DNA of 54,149 nucleotides from Oligoflexales bacterium (GTDB lineage Bacteria; Bdellovibrionota_B; Oligoflexia; Oligoflexales; Bog-1112): NCBI GenBank assembly GCA_045106415.1, contig JBGCEP010000078.1, positions 1 to 54,149 of the forward strand, read 5' to 3'. Shown piece by piece: positions 47,882 to 54,149 of this stretch (position 1 is its first letter; each line of letters starts with the position of its first letter). The notes under the pieces were generated by a model. It saw only the letters and a program-made list of their open reading frames with translations, ran no database searches and was not told where the DNA came from. The position numbers and the translations under genes were made by a program.

Positions 47882-49174
47882 TTAGTCGTTGACTTGAACT
47901 CTTTTGATTTGAGCCCCTAACCGAGTCAGTTTTTCTTCTATATTTGTGTACCCGCGATCAATCTGGTGAATGTTGTCGATTCGGCTCGTACCGCGAGCGA
48001 TAAGAGCTGCCATGAGCATAGACATTCCTGCTCTTACATCAGGTGAGCTCATGTGTGCTCCACAAAGTTCGCGCGGCCCTGTTACAACCACTCTATGGGG
48101 ATCGCAAAGAACGATGTTTGCTCCCATGGCCATCAGTTTGTCTGTGAAAAACATGCGGCCTTCATACATCTTTTCGTGAAAAATCATTGCGCCTTCAGCT
48201 CTGGTTGCTGCAACCAGTGTGACGGACATGAGGTCGGATGGAAAAGCAGGCCAAGGACCACTGTAAAGGCTTCCTATGCGACCATCGAGGTCTGCTTGCA
48301 TCACCATGTCCTGTTCTCCAATGGTGAGATTCTTAGTTTTAGGGTCGTAGTGAGGATGGATTCCGATGCGAGCAAGCGTTTTTAGGCTGAAGCGGAGATC
48401 TTCAATTTCAACAGGTCCTATGGATATTGTTCCTTTTGTAATAGCCCCAAGGCATAGAAAGCTTCCTATCTCCATAAAATCAGGGCCGACTTTATGGTCA
48501 CAACCCTTTAATTCTGTGTTGCCCGTGATCTTGAGTTGGTTGGTGCCAACTCCTTGAATATCTGCGCCCATTTTGATGAGCATTTTGCATAAACCGACAA
48601 CGTGTGGCTCGCAAGCTGCGTTAAGAATTGTCGTTGTTGCTTTACGTGCAGAAGCCAGCATAACAAGGTTTTCAGTGGCTGTGACCGAAGGTTCATCAAG
48701 ATAGAGTTCTGTGTCTTTTGCTTCATTTGGCATTTCGCTGGTGATTGGGTTGCCAAAATGATAACTACCGCCCATGACGGCGACACCTTCGAAGTGAGTG
48801 TCTAGCCTTCTGGCGCCAATGACGTCTCCGCCTGGAGGAGCAAGTTCCACTTTGCCAAACCGTGCTAAAAGTGGGCCTAAAAGGAGGATGGACGCTCTGG
48901 CGCGTGAACATAGGTCGGTGTTTGGTCTCCAGGAGTGCGTTTTACTCGCATCGATTCTCAAGGTTTCTTCTTCGATCCACTCAACAGAAGCGCCGACATC
49001 TTCTAATATTTGACAAACCGTTAAAACATCCCGAATACGAGGAACGTTCCGCAGTGTGACTGGTTCATTTGTCAGTAAAGAAGCCATCAATGTAGGGAGT
49101 GCTTCGTTCTTATTTCCTGACGGTGTAACATGGCCTTCAAGGGGGTAGCCCCCTTCAATGATGAAGGAACTCAA
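47882..49174 (-). CDS. murA: UDP-N-acetylglucosamine 1-carboxyvinyltransferase (Asp-type active site)
   Basis: SGNKNEALP, RASILLLGPLLAR, PGGDVIGARRLDTH, SVTATEN, AACEPH, IDRGY. Confidence 0.96.
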   Translation of the reverse strand: MSSFIIEGGYPLEGHVTPSGNKNEALPTLMASLLTNEPVTLRNVPRIRDVLTVCQILEDVGASVEWIEEETLRIDASKTHSWRPNTDLCSRARASILLLGPLLARFGKVELAPPGGDVIGARRLDTHFEGVAVMGGSYHFGNPITSEMPNEAKDTELYLDEPSVTATENLVMLASARKATTTILNAACEPHVVGLCKMLIKMGADIQGVGTNQLKITGNTELKGCDHKVGPDFMEIGSFLCLGAITKGTISIGPVEIEDLRFSLKTLARIGIHPHYDPKTKNLTIGEQDMVMQADLDGRIGSLYSGPWPAFPSDLMSVTLVAATRAEGAMIFHEKMYEGRMFFTDKLMAMGANIVLCDPHRVVVTGPRELCGAHMSSPDVRAGMSMLMAALIARGTSRIDNIHQIDRGYTNIEEKLTRLGAQIKRVQVND

Positions 49175-49191
49175 CAGACTTCTCCTTTAAA

Positions 49192-51996
49192 TCAGACAAG
49201 GTTCGGGTCTTCGTCAGATGTCTGGAGAAGGTCAATCAACTGCTGGCGGTCAAGTGCTTTGAAGAGGTCTTCGTCTTTTTCAAGGACGTTTTCAAAAATA
49301 GACTGCTTTGCCTGGATCATGCGATCGATTTTTTCTTCCAGAGTCCCTAACGTGACGAGCTTCATGACCTGAACAAAATTTTTCTGGCCAATGCGGTGAA
49401 CCCTGTCAGTAGCTTGGTTCTCTTTGCTGGCATTCCACCAGCGATCGTAATGGATTACCACAGACGCAGCCGTTAGGTCGATCCCGATTCCACCAGCTAA
49501 TAAAGAACCAATAAATATTCGTGTGTTGGGGTCCTCTTGGAACTTCTGAATTAGACGTCCTCTTGAACGAGATTTTCCCGTGAGGGTGACGTGCCCAATA
49601 CTTTGTAGGTCGCAATAGCTTGAAATGATTTCCGCCATACGGACGTACTGGGTAAATATGACTATTTTATTTCCTGACCCTAAAGCCTCATCAATAATTT
49701 CTTTAAGAAGCTCAAATTTTCCACTTTCATGTTTTTGAAAATCCTCAGGAGAAGAAAGGAGAGCCGGGTGGTTGCAAACCTGTTTTAACATTTGCAAAGT
49801 CGCAAAAACATGAAGATAAGGAACAGGAGTGTTCCCTGACTCTAAAGTTTCTATGAGAGGTCGCGCTTTTAAAGCAAGAACTTCACTGTACAATGCGCTT
49901 TGTTCTGTGCTTAACCGACAGTGGCGGACCTCTTCTATTTTGCTTGGGAGTTCTTTTAGGACGTCTTTTTTGGTTCGCCTCATTTTGAGGGGGTGAATCA
50001 ACCTTTGAAGGGACTGCTCCGCTTCGCGGTCCTTGTGTTGTTCGATGGGTGTTTGAAATTCGTCTCTAAAATATCGGTCGGACCCAAGGTAGCCAGGGAT
50101 AAGAAAATCAAATAGAGATTTTAACTCTCCTAAATGGTTCTCCATGGGAGTGCCCGTAAGGCCTAGTCGGATTTTGCTGTTGAGTTGACAGACAGCTTTG
50201 AAGGTTGCTGTGCTTTTGTTTTTGACATAGTGAGCTTCATCAAGAACAATTGCATCCCATTGAATTGCCGACAGCCTCCGGATATCGCGAAGCATGATGC
50301 CGTAACTCGTAATGAGTGTTGTGGAGTTTTTGCTCTGTAAAAGCCTTTCCCGCCGAGATCCGTGGTAGCTTTGTGGGGATAGTCGAGGTGCAAAAGATCT
50401 TATTTTGTCAGCCCAATGCTCTAAAACTGAAGTTGGGCAAATAACTAAAAATTTAGCAGAGTTGTTTTCTAACTGGATAGAGCTCAAAAGAGCCATGGCT
50501 TGATGGGTTTTTCCAAGGCCCATGTCGTCGGCAAGCAAGCCGTTTAATCTGTTGCTATACAACCACCACAACCACTGGTAGCCAAGGTGCTGGTAATCTC
50601 TGAGGTCGAGGCTCGTGTCTATGAGTTTAGGAGGGGTGTCGTTAAGGCGGAAATCTGTTTGCATACGAAATTGTTGAAGACTTTTCTGGCTCCCAGAAAA
50701 AGAATCGAAATCTCCGAGCTCAGCGCGAAGTCTTAAAAGCCCTAGAGTGTCCACTTGAATTTTGTCATCTTTGATTCCCCAGTCATGCTCTTTTAAAAAA
50801 TCGGGAACTTTTGTCCAGGTTTTCCCATCTTGAATGTATTGCCCTTTAGTTTTTTTGTAGGCACTAAGGAGGTTTGCCATAGAAATTTTTGATTTCCCAA
50901 CTTGATAGATAGGGTCGAGCTCAAACCAGCCTTTTTCTGTGCGGTGAACTTTTATGTCTGATATTTTGGGGGCTTCGACAATCTCGGGTTGTTCGAAATC
51001 TTTATCTAGCCAGACGGCGCCTATCCCTGACCAGGAGTCGAAGTTTGAAAGAAGTGCTTGGGCCGCGGTGTCCCCAGATATTTTGCGTGTAGCAGGTTTT
51101 TGAAACCATTCATGTGGAGGTCGGTGGAGAGGGAAATATCCTCGTTCTGGAACAAAAGAAAACTCTTCCCCTGTGAATTTTTCTGCATATTTTCCGAAGA
51201 GAAAAAATCTCGACCCTAAACTTTGCTTTCGCCCGTGAATACTGCTTTCTCTCCATTCGCCGAATGCCTTTTTTATTTGTGAGAAACCAGATGGGACCTG
51301 GATTTGAATGCACTTCTCTAGAAGAAGCTCTCCGTCGCCTGAGCTGCTTATGTAAGTGCCAACGCGAGCGACGGATCGAAAAGTTTTTATGGATCCATTT
51401 GTTTTGACACATAGCTTTGGGTGTGTGGTTAGAAAGCGCCCGGCTTCATCGATGCTGAGTTCGTAGACTGTGGATTGTCGCTTTTGTAAACTCACTCGAA
51501 CTTTCACTTTGGGGCCTTGGCCAATGAGGCTTAAGGACTGAATGGAGTCTTCAAGGTGATCCAGAATATGAAAGGGCTGCCCGTTTGTTATCGGGTTTTC
51601 GTGTGGCGTGACGCCTTGAGTAGAGCTCGTACCTATTTTCGGTTTTTTGCGTTTTTTAGGTGGTGATGTGGGTGGTGGTTTGAGCTGAATATGGAACTGT
51701 TTTTCGAGGTGCCGGTCAAGGTAGAGAACAACGCCGGCAATGTGGCTACAGTAACGGCTTTGAGAGCGATTAACTGGGCAGCTGCATTCAATCCATTGAA
51801 TGATGGAGTGTGCCGGGTGGATTTTTAGGTGAATGGTTTCTTGGCCACGTTCGTGAGTAACTATGGCGGAAAGAAGCCCGCTTTGAAAGGTCTCGACTGT
51901 TACGCGGCCTTGTCGAAAGTTTTCAAGACCCTCTTGCCACTCGTCGCTTGCCAAGTGTTCGTAGAAGTGCTGTAGCAATTCTCCGTGGCTGCTCAT
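49192..51996 (-). CDS. SWIM zinc-finger SNF2-family ATPase/helicase
   Basis: CSC..YCSH (SWIM), LADDMGLGKT, DEAH, TGTPMEN, RWWN..QATDRVHRIGQ; ATG 51996 chosen. Confidence 0.94.
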   Translation of the reverse strand: MSSHGELLQHFYEHLASDEWQEGLENFRQGRVTVETFQSGLLSAIVTHERGQETIHLKIHPAHSIIQWIECSCPVNRSQSRYCSHIAGVVLYLDRHLEKQFHIQLKPPPTSPPKKRKKPKIGTSSTQGVTPHENPITNGQPFHILDHLEDSIQSLSLIGQGPKVKVRVSLQKRQSTVYELSIDEAGRFLTTHPKLCVKTNGSIKTFRSVARVGTYISSSGDGELLLEKCIQIQVPSGFSQIKKAFGEWRESSIHGRKQSLGSRFFLFGKYAEKFTGEEFSFVPERGYFPLHRPPHEWFQKPATRKISGDTAAQALLSNFDSWSGIGAVWLDKDFEQPEIVEAPKISDIKVHRTEKGWFELDPIYQVGKSKISMANLLSAYKKTKGQYIQDGKTWTKVPDFLKEHDWGIKDDKIQVDTLGLLRLRAELGDFDSFSGSQKSLQQFRMQTDFRLNDTPPKLIDTSLDLRDYQHLGYQWLWWLYSNRLNGLLADDMGLGKTHQAMALLSSIQLENNSAKFLVICPTSVLEHWADKIRSFAPRLSPQSYHGSRRERLLQSKNSTTLITSYGIMLRDIRRLSAIQWDAIVLDEAHYVKNKSTATFKAVCQLNSKIRLGLTGTPMENHLGELKSLFDFLIPGYLGSDRYFRDEFQTPIEQHKDREAEQSLQRLIHPLKMRRTKKDVLKELPSKIEEVRHCRLSTEQSALYSEVLALKARPLIETLESGNTPVPYLHVFATLQMLKQVCNHPALLSSPEDFQKHESGKFELLKEIIDEALGSGNKIVIFTQYVRMAEIISSYCDLQSIGHVTLTGKSRSRGRLIQKFQEDPNTRIFIGSLLAGGIGIDLTAASVVIHYDRWWNASKENQATDRVHRIGQKNFVQVMKLVTLGTLEEKIDRMIQAKQSIFENVLEKDEDLFKALDRQQLIDLLQTSDEDPNLV

Positions 51997-52185
51997 ATCG
52001 GGTCCTATCCTGTGATTTGTTCGCCTTAGTGTTGTCTTTGCTGTGGCTCGAAAGCGGAAAGACAACGATCTTTCAGTGTGTTGAATATAGCATGTGTTGT
52101 CTTAAAAGGCGGGAAGCAAAAAAAACTCAGTTTTAAATATTAAATAGTTAGAAGCTTTTGTTTGAGTGATGGGCTGTTTTTTTTA

Positions 52186-52212
52186 TTAAGGTCAGCGAAA
52201 TTTTACCGATGG
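52186..52212 (+). promoter_or_regulatory. sigma28 (FliA)-type promoter
   Basis: TTAAG-N14-ACCGATGG versus consensus TAAAG-N14-GCCGATAA, upstream of the cheY module. Confidence 0.6.
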
Positions 52213-52240
52213 GTAGAAGGTGGCAAGCTGGGGGGAAGCT

Positions 52241-52849
52241 GTGAGTCTGAAAGATTCGAAGGATGTTGAGATCGTTGCTGAGCTGCTGAGTCGATACGCT
52301 TCAGTCGCTGTTAAACAGTTAGCCGGAATCCAAAGTCATATGACGAGCCTGTGTGATGAAGTGATGGTTGGTGTTAAGGGAATCCATGAAAAGCATGGAC
52401 AAAAAGAAAAGCTGGCTTCTTCTTTACAGGTTAAAGATGAAGGTGGTGGGTTTTCAGACCAAGATGCCGCGAAAGTTATAGAGAAGGAAAAAGCGTCAGA
52501 GCAAGAACTTCAAGCGACAATGAATCAGTTTTCCGACGAGGCGAAAGATGCAGGAGTTCAATTTAAAATGCATATGAACGGACTTCATGATCTGAGCTCA
52601 GGGTTGCAAGATGCTTTGATGAAAATGGTTGGTGCTATGTCTATGGATGATGTTCTTGGTCAAAGGCTTGAGCATATATCTGACTCCATTGTTCTTTTGA
52701 GAGATTATGTTCAAAAGATGTCCGAGTGTTCCGACAAAGAGAAGGTCTTTGAGGACGCGACGTTGTCTATGCGGAGCCAAGTGTTTCGTTCATATACAAC
52801 GGAAGATGAAAAACAGGTTTATAGGCAAGTCTTTCCAGATGAGTCGTGA
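52241..52849 (+). CDS. Soluble coiled-coil protein with CheZ-like DxxxQ motif
   Basis: MSMDDVLGQRLEHI; ends YTTEDEKQVYRQVF; paralogue of the 53274 gene; adjacent to cheY. Confidence 0.55.
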   Translation: MSLKDSKDVEIVAELLSRYASVAVKQLAGIQSHMTSLCDEVMVGVKGIHEKHGQKEKLASSLQVKDEGGGFSDQDAAKVIEKEKASEQELQATMNQFSDEAKDAGVQFKMHMNGLHDLSSGLQDALMKMVGAMSMDDVLGQRLEHISDSIVLLRDYVQKMSECSDKEKVFEDATLSMRSQVFRSYTTEDEKQVYRQVFPDES

Positions 52850-52879
52850 GCAATATTAATTGAGGCAAGGGAGAGAGAG

Positions 52880-53248
52880 ATGGGTAAGAAGGTTTTGATC
52901 GTTGATGATTCAAGGACAATTCGTCAACAAGTGAGCTTTACTTTGAGTAAAGGTGGTTTTGAAGTTATTGAAGCAGAAGATGGTCTTCAAGGTATTGAAA
53001 AGCTTCAATCAAACTCTGATGTTGCTATGGTTATCTCTGATGTCAACATGCCTAACATGGATGGCTTAGAAATGGTTGAAAAGATTCAAAGTGATTCGAT
53101 TACTCAGGCGCCAATTGTGATGTTGACGACGGAGGGGAGTGCAGAGCTTATTAATAGAGCGAAAGCTGCAGGAGCAAAAGGCTGGCTTGTGAAGCCTTTT
53201 GAGCCGGATCAACTTGTAGCAGCTGTGACTAAGCTGGTGGGTGGGTGA
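52880..53248 (+). CDS. cheY: Single-domain response regulator CheY
   Basis: VDDS, SDVNMPNMDG, MLTTE, AGAKGWLVKPF. Confidence 0.9.
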   Translation: MGKKVLIVDDSRTIRQQVSFTLSKGGFEVIEAEDGLQGIEKLQSNSDVAMVISDVNMPNMDGLEMVEKIQSDSITQAPIVMLTTEGSAELINRAKAAGAKGWLVKPFEPDQLVAAVTKLVGG

Positions 53249-53273
53249 TTCATTTTTATGAGAGTTGTAAATA

Positions 53274-53924
53274 ATGGAAAATGAAGAACGCGTTCGTCAG
53301 ATGTCTGAAAAGTTTCTTGCAGAAGTACAAAGGCAGTCGAGTGTAGTCGAGCTCCAGCTTCATGCTATTAGAGAGTTGATGACCTCAACTGTTGACGAAA
53401 TATCGAAAGAAATATCAGAGATATCGAAGTTGACAGGAGAAGGGGCTGAGAAAGCAGAAGCGCTGCTTGAACGGGCTTATTTTGAGCCAGAATCTGGACA
53501 AGTTGATCTTATTGACACAGTTCAACAGGATGTTGATCAAATTTTTGATCAAGCTGCAAACGGTGGCGCGGTGCAAGTCGCGGAAGAGTCTGACTTGGGA
53601 AAAGATCGGCTCCGACGATTTTCAGGGCAGTTCTCTAAACATATGGAGGCGATGTCGACACTTGACTCCGAAGTTGCGAAAGTCCTTATTAATGTCATGG
53701 GTGGGTTGTCGCATGACGATGTCATTGGTCAAAGGACTAGAAATTTGAGTGAGTCTTTTTTTATGCTCAGGGACCAAATAGGGCTTCTCTTAAAAGATCA
53801 GGGTGAGATCAATGTTCAGGAGTGGTCGGACCAAATTCAGCGGAGAATTTATCAAAGCTACACTAGTGAAGCTGAAAAGCAGTGCTTCGTAGAGGTTTTT
53901 GGAACACCGTCTCAAAAAACGTAA
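53274..53924 (+). CDS. Soluble coiled-coil protein with CheZ-like DxxxQ motif (second paralogue)
   Basis: LSHDDVIGQRTRNL; FSKHMEAM parallels FKMHMNGL; ends YTSEAEKQCFVEVF. Confidence 0.55.
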   Translation: MENEERVRQMSEKFLAEVQRQSSVVELQLHAIRELMTSTVDEISKEISEISKLTGEGAEKAEALLERAYFEPESGQVDLIDTVQQDVDQIFDQAANGGAVQVAEESDLGKDRLRRFSGQFSKHMEAMSTLDSEVAKVLINVMGGLSHDDVIGQRTRNLSESFFMLRDQIGLLLKDQGEINVQEWSDQIQRRIYQSYTSEAEKQCFVEVFGTPSQKT

Positions 53925-53954
53925 ATTTAAATCTCAACATTTCTATTTATTATT

Positions 53955-53985
53955 AGGGTCTTACGATAAGGGGCTCTTTTTTTTT
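53955..53985 (+). terminator. Possible terminator of the cheY module
   Basis: AGGGTCTTA..TAAGGGGCTCT imperfect stem followed by a long T-run. Confidence 0.45.
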
Positions 53986-54005
53986 CAGGAACTTAGAAGA
54001 AAGTG

Positions 54006-54034
54006 TTGACTCTTTGGGGGTGGCTACGTATAAC
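54006..54034 (+). promoter_or_regulatory. Strong sigma70 promoter, probably of an rRNA operon
   Basis: TTGACT-17 bp-TATAAC. Confidence 0.8.
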
Positions 54035-54079
54035 TCTCTTCATCGGGGCGACGCAGCAACAAACTGCTGAAACTTCGGG

Positions 54080-54099
54080 GCTCTTTGAAAACTGAATAG
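54080..54099 (+). promoter_or_regulatory. rrn leader boxA antitermination element
   Basis: GCTCTTTGAAAACTGAATAG, typical of 16S leaders, preceded by a short CAGCA/TGCTG hairpin; the rRNA itself is not in the window. Confidence 0.75.
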
Positions 54100-54149
54100 A
54101 TGACGAAGAATACATACAACAGAGTGATGGTTTCATTCTTAATTGAATG

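Noticed and set aside
1..54149. CRISPR array, tRNA genes, prophage or integrase
   Set aside because: No regularly spaced repeat-spacer pattern, cloverleaf or phage/integrase protein motifs found by eye.

Overview
Bacterial chromosomal window, probably from a flagellated Bdellovibrionota/Oligoflexia-like deltaproteobacterial relative (inferred from gene content and order, not verified). Left to right: (1) the 3' end of a flagellin gene; (2) a very AT-rich insert (~155-4400) with an SGNH hydrolase + MBOAT O-acyltransferase pair between IS/MITE debris, including an IS5 pseudogene interrupted by a tnpB fragment; (3) a sigma54-type flgFGAHIJ-flgMN-flgKL-csrA-fliW operon whose FlgH has an unusual coiled-coil tail; (4) a housekeeping block (class IV aminotransferase, rimO, rho, rpmE, prfA, prmC, AI-2E transporter, uppS, cdsA, rseP, tsaB, pssA, asd, truA, TPR lipoprotein, LolB-like lipoprotein, oppDF-type ATPases, murG); (5) an ~11 kb AT-rich island (34607-45489) of proteins with predicted export signals: two probable beta-barrels, a signal peptide-Hint-glycine-zipper peptide protein, a MACPF-like protein, two permuted papain-like enzymes, a fascin-repeat lipase and a coupled FGE/SUMF1 lipoprotein; (6) pabA/trpG, gltX, a Cys-to-Asp murA, a SWIM-SNF2 helicase, a sigma28-type module of two CheZ-like paralogues flanking cheY; and (7) a probable rRNA operon promoter/boxA leader at the right edge. 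The best candidate for an undescribed system is the island in (5), especially the Hint-released peptide. All family assignments come from motif recognition by eye; no database search was run.
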